64,000 bases of DNA from Octopus vulgaris. Its lineage: Eukaryota. This document shows positions 39,500 to 55,645 of this stretch, piece by piece; positions within the stretch are counted from its first letter, which is position 1; each line of letters opens with the position of its first letter. Location of the stretch: assembly GCA_951406725.2 (NCBI GenBank), contig OX597816.1, positions 88,722,001 to 88,786,000 on the forward strand, read 5' to 3'. Under the pieces are notes generated by a model, which made no database searches, was not told where the DNA came from, and saw nothing but the letters and a program-made list of their open reading frames with translations. A program made the position numbers and the translations under genes.

Positions 39500-39647
39500 T
39501 ATATGTATATGCATATATATATGTATATATACATGTATATATACAAATGTATACATATATATTTATATATATGTATATACATATGCATATATATATATTT
39601 ACATATATGTATATACATATATATATATATACATATATATATATGTT

Positions 39648-39678
<31 letters not shown>

Positions 39679-39713
39679 ATATATATATATATACACATAG
39701 ACACACACATATA

Positions 39714-39783
<70 letters not shown>

Positions 39784-39850
39784 TATACATCTGTACATAT
39801 ATCATATCCATGTGTGTAAATATATACATATATTTACATACATATAAATG
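39300..39850. repeat. Long degenerate (TA)n / (TACA) microsatellite
   Basis: Direct reading; source of the many YI-rich pseudo-ORFs. Confidence 0.95.
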
Positions 39851-40541
39851 TATATACGTGAGTGTGTGTATGTGCGTGCGTGTGTGTGTGTTTAAGTATT
39901 ATATCCTGAAATTTATTGCGAATGACAGAGAGAAAAATGGGGAGAATGAGAGGGTGAGAGGGATAGAAACAAACAAACAAAGTGTAAGTGAGTGAACGGT
40001 TCGGTCAATGAGAGAAACAATTTAGCTTCAGACAGACATATTGAAAATCTCGCACCTCCAATCTCTTTACGACATTACTTCTATTTCGTAATGTTATTCG
40101 ATTCAGACCACCATTCTTCATACGTTGCATCAATAATGCAATTCATCTTTGCTCGCCCCAACACTTAATCACCTTCTCAACGATTTTTCATACAACAAAC
40201 CACTCGATTATATTTTGCAGCGCATAGCAATGCGCCAACAGAGGATCAATCCACCTGTAGCATACCACAACTAGCCGTTGAACAGCAGCACCGAATTATA
40301 TCAACTAATTGTCGTCTCCCTCCCGCTACCTAAACATATTTTGTAACAAAGCACTGCACCATTTATTAACTAACATCTATCTGGCAATATTTAGTTATTC
40401 TGAACAAGAAAATGGGTCAGTATGCATAGACAATGACTTACCTATTAGAAACTGCAATCAAATTTTCCTCGTAAATAAAAAATGATACATGGAGATTGTA
40501 CCACAATGTAGACGCTAATCTATCTGTGTGTATGGTGTCTA

Positions 40542-40617
<76 letters not shown>

Positions 40618-42131
40618 TAAAGAACGGTGTCAGTAAAACGCTTTTGATCATAGGTCTATTTGCTCAGGGCTGATTTGTGGCCAAAGATATTAATCACCAT
40701 CACAAACAATACGCTCGTAACTAACACGATCACTTGTTAAATACTACCAAGAACATTGTCGTTTTTATCAGCAATAACACTCCTGACAACTTAACTTTAA
40801 CATCATTATCTAGGCTACTGTTATCGTCAACCGTAAGAAAAGTCTTTCTCTGCGTGCCTCAGGCTAGCATTGACAGGAAATGAATACAAACGGATCGCAT
40901 AACAGGATAAGTTTATAATTTGAAGTAACTGGTAAGCTAATGTTTCAGTTGGAGTTAGTTAAAGTTTTGTAATATGATATCTTTATAGATTTTCTTGTAT
41001 CACAGGACAGTCATTAAGCCAAAAATAAACACAAGTACTAATACTATTTCAATTCTTTTACTATTACTGAAGTCGTTTGGTCATTTAACCAATTAACTCA
41101 TCGATTGCTTGATTAATCGTTCGGTGAGTCAACTTGGTTTGTCAAAATTTCCTCCTCAACGCCCCAAATTTGACATTCCTTCCCTAGTCCAGGGGAACTT
41201 GCGTTTAATTGTTTTCATTAATTCTGTCTGTCTCTATCTCTCTTCTTTACCTTGTGGGTTCGAGGTCGTTGTGAATATATATATATATACACACAAATCA
41301 GGAGCAAATATTGAGGAGTGAATATTTATATATATATTAATGTGTGTGTGAGTGTGTGCGTTCGTGTGTATGTGTTTACAAACAAACACATGTATGTCGA
41401 TATATATATCCACTGACGCACCTACATATATCACTGAGACCAAGTTATCGGATGTTGTTATATACTGCTGGTAACAATGCGCTTTTTCTTATTGTTTTTT
41501 ATTTCGAATAATGCCCAGAATTTTCTATTGACAGCTCGGTCGTGAGGTGAAGTAACATAAAATTAAATGTTTTGCTCTTGAGCATGAAACACTACCGATC
41601 TGAGAATCGAAACCACGACATTCTTATCGCGAGTGCAACACCCAAACCACTAGGCAATAGGCCTCAAAAATCACATAATGACACGCGCGAGCGCACGCAC
41701 AAACACATAGATACATACACACAAAGATATACACAGACTCCGTCTATCTAAAACCATCACAATAAATTGGACGATTCAAGATCATGGTCACATGACAAAG
41801 GTGCTGTTCAATGGGACTGAAATGAGAAACAAATATTTGCAAAGCGAACACTTTACGCACCCAGCTATTACCTGCGCTAACACTATGTTATATTATATGA
41901 TATTATGTTATATAATATTATATTGTATAATATTATATTATATCATAATATGTGTTATATTATATAATGTATAGTAGTAATTAATCAACTTTACCACTGT
42001 CATATATATATGCAGCTGACATCGCTAGAATTAACGGCAAAATATCAACATGGTAGATGTAGAGCTCTATATATCTTGTGTATTTTATAAATCAGGTTAT
42101 TGTTTTAAATTTCTGCCGCTTTTTTTTTTTT

Positions 42132-42344
42132 TGCTTTTATACCTATTTCTTTATTACCCACAAGGGGCTAAACATAGAGGGGACAAACAAGGACAGACAT
42201 AGGTATTAAGTCGATTACATCGACCCCAGTGCGGAACTGGTACTTAATTTATCGACCCCGAAAGGATGAAAGGCAAAGTCAACCTCGGCGGAATTTGGGT
42301 CAACCTCGGCGGAATTTGAGTCAACCTCGGCGTGCTTTTATACC
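42132..42344 (-). mobile_element. 5'-truncated SINE family A with a 12-bp target-site duplication
   Basis: TGCTTTTATACC at 42132-42143 and 42333-42344; triplicated GTCAACCTCGGCG at the truncation end. Confidence 0.8.
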
Positions 42345-42562
42345 ACCTTTATCTGAACATTTGACGCGATGTTCAATCTCTGTAATACACTGAATTCGTT
42401 TACGGTAGAATCAAAACGTATCTTCAACACCACCTTTATCGTTGTTGTCATTTTCCTCGTTAGTCTCCTTCGTGTTCTCTTTTCCTCGTCTTCTTCATTA
42501 ATATTGCTATTATATTATTTATTATTATTATTACTATTATTATTATTATTATTATTATTATT

Positions 42563-43121
42563 GAGTGAGAGAGCAGTTCATGCCATCAAAGTGACACTGG
42601 GTTAAAATATACGAAGCCCAATATACCCATCATGACTACCCGTCTGATAAAGGTACACCAGGCACATGCATCACAACCATATGTGCGCGACATGGTGATC
42701 TCATATCAAGATAAACAGCATATGACCTTGCAGGTGGGGCCCAGTTAGAATTTTCTTCAGGTTGAGTAGCCCATTCCGCTCAAACGGTCCCTGAATAAGG
42801 GTTGTTTAAGGATGTTGAAAGAACCACCCATGTTTCCAGAAGTGAACTATTCAAACCCCAAAGAATCCCTCTCAACACATGGCTATGATGCTTCCCCACT
42901 ACTTCTGCTCGTGATCAGAGATGCACATATCGTCAGCCACTAAGGGGCATGCTCAACTGGTTAAGGTCAAACAACTGACAAGCAAATCTGTGGTGTGGTA
43001 TTGAGCAGAATATTTGCTGTAGCTCATCTTTTATACCAAGACAAAACAAGGTACATGATAACACTTCCAATCAGTTAAGATCAGAAGCCATGAGAGCCAC
43101 TGCCTGGTACTGCATCAGGGC

Positions 43122-43123
<2 letters not shown>
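42563..43123 (-). mobile_element. Non-coding TAA-targeting retroelement, longest copy B (~560 bp)
   Basis: Flanked on both sides by (TTA)n; homologous to copies A and C; no ORF and no B-box seen. Confidence 0.8.
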
Positions 43124-43193
<70 letters not shown>

Positions 43194-43276
43194 TGTTGTT
43201 GTTATTATTATTATTATTATTATTATTAATAGTCGTAGTAGTAGTAGTAGTGGTGGTTGTAGTATTAGTAGTGGCG

Positions 43277-43352
<76 letters not shown>

Positions 43353-44621
43353 CTGTAGTAGTAGCAGTAGCAGTAGTAGTATAATCATTTATCTAATTGG
43401 TATCGGTGTTCTTTTTATTAAAGTCTGATCACATTATTGCCAACTTCATTCACCATCGTTTTTTTTTCTTTTTACATATTTTGTGTTTATTCATATTCAC
43501 ATTTACTATTCTACTTTGTGTAACGAATTCAAGTATTGTCACTACTCTGAATTAACAAGCGATCATATTTGACATTAACTAATGTTCATTTGGGCTTAGA
43601 CGAACACACACACACACACATACACACACATACACACACATATATATATATATATTGTATTATTTTACTTTTTATCATATCTATAGGTACTTACATAGAT
43701 ATATATGTACATGTATTCATTCACACACGCATATATATACATATGTTTATAAGTGTATACAGATATATATATATATTCAAATATACACACATATATATGC
43801 ATATATGTGAGTGCATATATATATATATATATATATACACACGTAAATATATATACATACATATACATATATGTACACACATACATATATATACACACGT
43901 ATGTATATACACATGCATATAAATATATGCGCACATACATAAACATATACACACATATACATATATATACACACATACATATGTATACATATATATATAT
44001 ATACACACATATTTATGTATATATATGATACATATAAGACAGAGAGAGAGAGCGAGAGAGAAAATGAGGGAGAGATGTTGGGTGTGAAGGGACCATCCAA
44101 AACAAAGACTAAAGCAAAGTAATAGTGACATTTAATTTCATATTCTCACTGCCATAACTTATTTTAATATTTTATTCCACCATTAAAATTATTGAAGGAA
44201 ACAATCTGACTACTAAAATTCATAATACTAATAATAGCACATTTTTCTATTAACCTCAAGGGCTCAATGGAAACTTCATGACATGAAGTTTCCATACAAA
44301 ATGGCCAGTAAAACATGTCGATATATATATGTGCCATTCAATTCAACACTATGAATCATTCTATTGCAGATGTATCGATGGGTGGCATGGCTTGTACCAC
44401 AGACCCCTCTTCTCTTTAAGCTTGAAACACGATATTGTGCGCAGTTAACCGAACCTTGTTGATGCATTCTTTTTCTTTTGCTCGTCTACAATTTAGTGTT
44501 ATTCTCGGAGATTTTAAGGTGGTAATAGGGGCTTGCAGTGCGTCGTGATGTGTAAAGCCTGTCCCTTGTTATAATTATGTATATAATTATAAAATATTAT
44601 ATATATATTCTTGATGTGTTG

Positions 44622-44808
44622 TGACCCCCTTCGGTCATGAATGACCACGGGATTGCACCTATAAAGTTACCCTCCGAGGCACAAGTCTAAGCAAGGTTGT
44701 TTATGGAAGACCAACAGTCACCCATGCATAACAGCCTCTTCTCTCCACGTCACCGATTGTTATCCAAGGGAAAGGCAAAGGCCGATACCAGTGACGTCGC
44801 AGCTCATT
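44622..44808 (-). mobile_element. 3' part of SINE family C
   Basis: Reverse complement matches 45300-45496 (CCTTTGCCTTTCCCTTGGATAAC...GGTGCAATCCC...GACCGAAGGGGGTC). Confidence 0.75.
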
Positions 44809-45038
44809 TATTAACGTGCAAGTGGTTGAGCATATCACAGACACATGTACCCTTAACCTACTTCTCGGGGAGATTCAGCGTGACACAAAGTGTGACAAGG
44901 CAGGCCCTTTCAAATATAGGTACAACAGAACCAGGAAGAAATAGTGAGAGAAAGTTGTGGTGAAAGTGTACAGCAGGGTTCACTCCCCCCCTGCCGGATC
45001 CTCGTGGATCAATAAACACTCACAATCGAAAACCGCCT

Positions 45039-45496
<458 letters not shown>

Positions 45497-45504
45497 CCGG
45501 ATCC

Positions 45505-45631
<127 letters not shown>

Positions 45632-45709
45632 TGTTGTATTTACGAATGATCATGTTGCCAGTTTAGCCAATAAAAACACACGCATTTACATTAATCTTAA
45701 TCTTATTTC

Positions 45710-45754
45710 GGCCAGAGTTCTTTCGTCACACTTCTGTGATCTCATCAGTGGTCC
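45710..45754 (-). ncRNA. Minimal type-I hammerhead ribozyme with canonical CUGAUGA core
   Basis: Minus strand GGACCA-CUGAUGA-GAUCAC agaagu GUGAC-GAAAGAACU-C-UGGCC; stem I CCA/UGG, stem II G(A)UCAC/GUGAC, 2-bp stem III, CUC triplet. Confidence 0.7.
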
Positions 45755-45806
45755 TTTGCTTTCTTCTTTCTTATTTGTGTGTCTCTCCTTACTAACGATC
45801 AGCCAT

Positions 45807-45887
<81 letters not shown>

Positions 45888-45974
45888 AGAGTTTACAAAG
45901 AAAACAATAGACGAAGACAGATGGTGTACAAAACAAACAAATGTATTAGTATAACGCTCAGGAATAGAAAAAGT

Positions 45975-46010
45975 CTTTTACGTTTCGAGCCTACGCTCTT
46001 CTACAGAGAG
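45975..46010 (-). ncRNA. Second copy of the CUGUAGA hammerhead-like motif
   Basis: CUCU-CUGUAGA-A-GAGC GUAG GCUC-GAAACG-UA-AAAG inside a ~150-bp repeat (45890-46040) shared with 841-1005. Confidence 0.6.
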
Positions 46011-46150
46011 GGACACAGATAAAACAAGGAGAGAAAAAAAGGAGACAAAAAGGAGAGACAAAAAGGAGACAAAAAATGAGGAGAGAAACAAGGAGAGAAA
46101 AAATGTGTGTAGTGGCTAACGATCTATCATGGCGGTATATACTTCTATTT

Positions 46151-46304
46151 AAGCTTAAAGCCTATGGTGATCACCGTGCAATGACTAAGGAATATAGTCT
46201 AATAAAGGGGCATATAAGCCCTTGACAGAAAAAGAAGGCTTTCCTATCCGCGTGGGACTATTTCTCTTAGTCATTGCACGGTGATCGCCTTAAGCTTTAA
46301 GCTT
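46151..46304. mobile_element. MITE-like element with ~49-bp imperfect TIRs
   Basis: AAGCTTAAAGC...GTGATCACCGTGCAATGACTAAG...ATAGTC pairs with GACTAT...CTTAGTCATTGCACGGTGATCGC...GCTTTAAGCTT around a ~55-bp core. Confidence 0.75.
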
Positions 46305-46381
46305 CTATAAAAAAAAAGGCCATTATTATTTACATGATTATAAAAACAGCTCCGTATGATAAAATCATTCGCACCGAAAGC

Positions 46382-46424
<43 letters not shown>

Positions 46425-47085
46425 TACGAGCAAAACGTCCCACGTCCAATGGACGGTGCGGAGTTGTCAAACATTTAAACCAAATTTTCTCAAAACAACT
46501 TGTCCGACCGTCCCAGCAAAAGAAGAAATAAAGATAAATTTTTTCTATTTCAAAGAAAAACGATTTTATTCACACAAATATGCAACCGAAGAGTTTAAAG
46601 TACCAGTAATGATAAGGTTGTTGACTGGGAGAACACAAACATGGTTTAAACAGTAAGCTTGGCAGGAAAGAAACGTGCATTTAAGCAGTACAAAAACAAC
46701 AAAAAATGGAAGGTGCAGTTATGTACAGGTTGACAGAAGAAAAGCAGGAAAAAAACGACACATGCAAATGGGTTAGCTGTAGGTAAATCTAGATGGAAAA
46801 GCATGATGATTTTTTTTTGTGCAAACTGCACGTACATATTTCTCGCGTGCGAGTAGTATCGGTCGTAACAGCTGATGTACTTGCGCGTACAAAGGCACGT
46901 TCCCTCGGGTTTATCAATCGCATTCTCACCTGGAATCAATTTTTGTAGTTTTTTCAAGATTATACATTATATAAAATCGGTTCTGTCTTTCTGTGTGTGC
47001 GTCTTCTAGGATCTCGTGTATCCTCCATCTTGTACGCAGTTAACCGAAACTTGTTGATACATTCTTTTTCTTTTGCTCGTCTACA

Positions 47086-47136
<51 letters not shown>

Positions 47137-47177
47137 TTTATACGTATATATATATGTATATGCATACGTGTATATAT

Positions 47178-47223
<46 letters not shown>

Positions 47224-47225
47224 GC

Positions 47226-47269
<44 letters not shown>

Positions 47270-47397
47270 AGAATGAGAGGGGAAGCGACATTGCTGTTAA
47301 TCCAAACAAGTGGAGGAATAGAAAAGAAGAGGCTGAAAATATACAGAGAATATATTAGAATTAATTAGAAGTTAATTATATTTAAAACTACAGGAGT

Positions 47398-47434
47398 ACA
47401 CTTTACTGGTTTCACTTGAGATTTTCAAAAGTGT
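47398..47434 (-). ncRNA. Hammerhead-like motif with U3-A8 core (UUGAAAA) and little or no stem II
   Basis: Minus strand ACACUU-UUGAAAA-ucucaagu-GAAACCAGU-A-AAGUGU; 6-bp stem I; lies downstream of the PLE relic at 47855-48130 on the same strand. Confidence 0.45.
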
Positions 47435-47854
47435 TTATTATATGTGGCTGTGTCCTGAATTAAATCTATAATGGCCGTTATCATAAACATATTTCATTTT
47501 GTTTATTTTCAAAGATTTTCTCCGTTTAATATGTCGTATGGTAGTTAGAAAAGAGAAATATGACTAAGTGATATAGTAATTGTTTACATAAAAGTGTTTA
47601 CAGAAAATTGTTAATTATTCTGTCGAAGAATAATATTATGCATTAGTGCTAGTTCCCTCCTATTCAGGATGTTAAAATATATCCCTTCTTTGTTAACAAG
47701 GTGTGACGTAAGATAACGAGATGTAGAGAGCAAAGAAGATAAAATGATAGCCGCTAGATGGATTTGGGTTTTTTTAAGAATGATCCCAACCAGATATTCT
47801 ACAATAACTAATTCACAGGAAAATAAGGGCCGTGTATAACTGATGTTTTGATAG

Positions 47855-48130
47855 GCTGATCAGAAGTGGCTTGCATTTTTTAACAAACAAACTTTCCTTA
47901 TTAATTCTTGTTGGAGCTGCTCATTCATCGGTTAGGAGGACAGTAAATTTGGGAGATTTGGTCTCGCGCATGTTCCCAAAGTTGAATTTTCTTGTTTTCC
48001 GATCACGTATTTGATGACGATGAATCGCATTCTTAAAGTGTGTTTAGTTTGTCCAGTATACTCTTCCCTGTATCCCATTGCATTTGATAACATATATTAA
48101 TTATTTTGAAATAGAAGTGAAAATATTTAT
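47855..48130 (-). pseudogene. Penelope-like element GIY-YIG endonuclease relic
   Basis: Minus strand FTSISK*LIYVIKCNG/REEYTGQTKHTLRMR/HRHQIRDRKTRK...RINKESLFVKKCKPLL. Confidence 0.7.
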
Positions 48131-48537
48131 CATAGTAAAAAGTATATTTGTATTTATAAGTTGTCTAACTGTGTCCGAGAATCATATAACTTCAGTGATG
48201 ACCGGAAAGAAATTTGGTATCATTGTGTGGTACTAAATCTCTGTCCGGCAGACACAATCTAATATTTACTACACATTTGACTGTATAATGTCTATAATCT
48301 CAACACAGAAAAGCAACTTGTTTTCTTTATTACTTTGTCTTGATAAAATTCTAAGTTTTATCATCACCGATTATGTTGAATTCGACGTTTTATATTTAAT
48401 GTAGATGAGTGGTTATTTCTGGGTATTTTTAATAAAGAATATTCGCCATGAAATTGTTAAAACTACGGTCGACCGTGGCATCAAATTATTATGATAAAAA
48501 CTAATATTTTCAAGTTTTGTTACTTATATTCTAGCAA

Positions 48538-48745
48538 GCAGCGAGCTAGAAGTACCGTTAGCACGGGCGACAAAATGCTAAAAGGCATCTCATCCGTCCG
48601 TCATTACGTTCTGAGTTCAAATTCCGCCGAGGTCGACTTTGCGTTTCATCTTTCGAAGTCGATAAAATCAGTATTAGTCACGTACTGAGATCGAGGTAAT
48701 CAACTCCTCTTTCTCTAAAAAAGTTCTGGCCCTGTGCCAAAATAT
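48538..48745 (+). mobile_element. SINE family A, diverged
   Basis: GCGAGCTAG...GTTAGCACGGGCG...TTCTGAGTTCAAATTCCGCCGAGGTCGACTTTGCG. Confidence 0.75.
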
Positions 48746-48927
48746 GAAAGCATTATTTATACGCTACGACAGAAATAGATTTATATATTTTTGTTTATTC
48801 GCAACAATTTTCAAGACAGATATTCTCCTTTCGCTAGCTTCAGAGAGTCACTATCTCCTTATGAGTGCTTGTCACGATAAATGCCTAGATTGTCCTATTT
48901 ATACTAACTTACGATATGTATATATAC

Positions 48928-49002
<75 letters not shown>

Positions 49003-49055
49003 GAGACGTATGTACATAAGATCATACATACGCACGCGCTCGCACACACGCACGT

Positions 49056-49130
<75 letters not shown>

Positions 49131-51170
49131 AGCATATGACTTTGTACTTATGTGTTTCTTTGCGTGTGATAGTGTGTGCACTTCGTGTATAACCAGGTGC
49201 AGTCGGAGATAATTTCCTATAGCTTTCTACAGGTAGCTTTTCATATTACTGGCGAATTTATTGCTTGCTTTAGTATGGAAATGTTGCCGAGGATGAACTC
49301 AGAACATGAAGTCCAGAACAAATACCTTTTGGTATGATTTCACCCTGTACTTTTTCTGCATATGTAGATACAAACACTAATTCTTTGTTCATGCTTCTTG
49401 TTGAGTAATTGTAGATATTTTGATGACAGTACATCTCAAATGTTAAATAGTGCCGCAGATTTTGACTAGAAAACATAGTGTGCCGTCGACGCGTGATTGT
49501 TGTTGCTTGGTGTATATGTCATTTCTGGAAAGTTGAACACTGTCGTAGCGGCTTCCTCCCTCATTCTGTATCATTACTTTGTTAGCTGTGCTGTTATAAT
49601 ACTGTTACAATAATCATTACAAGGACGGACATTCTCAAACTGCTTGTTCTTTAATTCATTCTTTTAATAAGAAACTTCTCCTTTATAATGCATTGTATAT
49701 TTTCATGCATCTTGATCTTACAAGTACAGCATATCTTTATCTACTTATTTTACTTATCTGTCTTTGACTTTTCATAAATAATTGTACATGACTATCATAT
49801 AACCCATTTGATATATAAATATTTCCGTTTATTCAACCCAGTGAAATAACTGAAGTGTCATAGTAAAGAAAACTAGATACAAATAAATATATCAACTGCA
49901 AATACAAATCTGTCCATGCTTCGATGGTTTTGTGATGTCACAGTCGGTGATACTTCTTTTAAATCATTAAGTAATTCCATACTACTTTAAATGCATGGCT
50001 TTCAGTATATCTAAATACAAAACCATATTGTACACTGTAAATAAATAGATTTTGGTACATCATTACAACTCAGAACGATTGTGCTGAACGTAGAGCTTCA
50101 ACAGCATATGGCTCTCGAAAACTTTTTGAGCATGTCAAAATCAATATAGGGTGCAGTAGGAATATCAAGATTTGTTACAAGCAAAATAGTGCTGCACTAT
50201 AGTTTTCTTTATGCTTAGAGTTTTCATTTATATTACATTGATAACTTGTCAGATAAAGCTATATAAGTCATCCTATATAAAGTATTTCTCGCCTAAAATT
50301 AGCGGTGTTCTTGTCTTTTGTAATTAAAAATGTTATGATAGTATACACTCACTCAATGAATATTTCACTTTTATATCCGCAGAAAATTATATTGTTTACA
50401 ATATTAAAGCATTTTTCATGCCTTTATTTAGACTGCTACACATGTTACACTCGTAAATATCATGTACGAAATCCGTGAGCTGATTTTGAATCCGATTTGC
50501 AACTAATTTATGATCTACGCTTCCGCACTTAAATTAACTAATCTTCTCTGTGAATGCGCAACTTTAAACTAATTATTACTGATGTATTTCCTCTTGGCAT
50601 AAAGCAAATATTTTAGCTAGTGGTATAACAATCTCTTTAACTTTACTCATATTGCTTAATAATCCCACGAGGAATATACCGTTAATTTGACTTAAGGTGT
50701 TTTGAAATCCGAAACTAGAAAGGCGGACCAATTATGAGACATCACGTAGTTTGATATTTTATGATTTCTAGAACACTCTTGCTACGCGTTCAAGGAATTA
50801 AATTTGACAGTACATTTCATACTGAATTTAATTGCATGTAATTCAAATATTTGCGATGTTAAATAACCTAGCAGCATTGATATTTCGATAGAGAAAAAAA
50901 AATGGCAATAAACAATTGCTCCGAAAGTTAATATGTTTGATATAATTTAATATATGATGTATTATATTACATGTCGATAAACAATATAAAAAGCTTTTCA
51001 AAAATATCTGAGACGAAGGTTGGTGAAAATGCAATAAATATTTGATTAAAAATTATGATTCATAATCGGCTTTCTTACACAATTTCACCAGAACACCCAC
51101 TTAGACACCACATCGTACGATAAGCCTATTCTTTCCAAAGCATTATTGTTCTTGCTATCATCATCATCAC

Positions 51171-51217
<47 letters not shown>

Positions 51218-51218
<1 letters not shown>

Positions 51219-51712
51219 GTGGGAGAGCAGTTCATGCCATCAAAGTGACACTGGGGTAAAATATACGAAGCCCAGTATACCCATCATGACTACCCGTCTG
51301 ATAAGGGTACACCAGGCACATGCATCACAACCATGTGTGCGCGACATGGTGATCTCATATCAAGATAAACAGCACATGACCTTGCAGGTGGGGCCCAGTT
51401 AGAATTTTCTTCATGTTGAGTAGCCCATCCCGCTCAAAAGGTCCCTGAATAAGGGTTGTTTAAGGATGTTGAAAGAACCACCCATGTTTCCAGAGGTGAA
51501 TTATTCAAACCCCAAAGGATCCCTCTCAACACATGGCTATGATGCTCCCCCACTACTTCAGCTCGTGATCAGAGATGCACATATCGTCAGCCACTAAAGA
51601 GACATGCTCAACTGGTTATGGTCAAACAACTGACAAGCAAATCTGTGGTGGGGTACAAATATACGAAGCCCAATATACACATCATTACTACCCATCTGAT
51701 ATGGGTACACCA
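51218..51712 (-). mobile_element. Non-coding TAA-targeting retroelement copy C (51218-51649) plus a duplicated internal fragment (51650-51712)
   Basis: Near-identical to copy B; its 3' end abuts (TTA)n at 51173-51216. Confidence 0.8.
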
Positions 51713-51719
51713 AATGACT

Positions 51720-54560
<2,841 letters not shown>

Positions 54561-54583
54561 TCGAGAACTCTTATAAGTGAAAT

Positions 54584-54669
<86 letters not shown>

Positions 54670-55524
54670 AAAATGCATTTATCAATTCCAACAAATAAAT
54701 ATAAAGATTTGGAAATCAGATATAACTAGAGTTGGAGATTAAAAACAACAGAAGCAATTTTATAATAATTATCATGGAATGATAAAGAAAATCGCAGGAA
54801 AATACAAAAACAAACTTGGCATATAATACAGATCAAAAGAAAAAAACAAACAAATAAAACGAAACCAAAGCTATACTTATGCGCAAATAACAAGATATTG
54901 CACTTCGTTGTGTAATGGACTAACAAAATATGAGTTCTGAAGAAAAAACAGCAGTAAGCGAAACCTTTATCAGATTCAAAAAACAACACTGAATGTTTGA
55001 TAAAATACCATCCACAAGATCAAAATGATAAATGGAAAAACTTTGGTTATGAGAAGTTATTCCACTCTAGATAAGAAATCTACCAAGCAGTGCGGTGCAA
55101 AATACATATGTAAATAGAAATGAAAATTGCCACTTCATAGTTCCGAGATTTCAGAGTCAAAAGGATGAAGAACACGAAACAATCCTAAACAAATGTCTCC
55201 TTATATAAAGGTTATCTTTTCATAATATATGTTATCGAGTGTGTTCTTTCCTTGCTGTTCGTTAGGCCATCAATAACCTCGTTCCATGTGCGATTACGAT
55301 TGAGTAGGAGTTTGTCTGTTTCGTGCGGGTTTGAATTTTTCTGTGTTTGTGATTGCGTTCCTTGACATGCGCGCTTGGGTTCGTGAGTTCGTGTACGTGT
55401 GTGCATTCACATGAATGTCTATATATAGCTTACACCTGTCTGCGTGTTAATGACGTTATGGTGTCTAGTCACGTAATTGGTTATTAGTTATGTGCTTCTC
55501 TTTCATTCTTTTAAGTAGTGTTTA

Positions 55525-55578
<54 letters not shown>

Positions 55579-55645
55579 TACACGTGCACAAACATACACA
55601 CACATACACATACACATACACATTCATCCACATACATGCATTCAT

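Noticed and set aside
39162-39995. Long YI/HT/CV-rich ORFs here and throughout (e.g. 9891-10610, 43569-44131)
   Set aside because: These are translations of dinucleotide microsatellites that lack stop codons; not genes.
43060-43123. HDV-like or hammerhead ribozyme at the 5' end of the TAA-targeting element
   Set aside because: CUGAUGC is not followed by stem II and GAAA, and the possible P1/P3 pairings lack the conserved HDV loop nucleotides.
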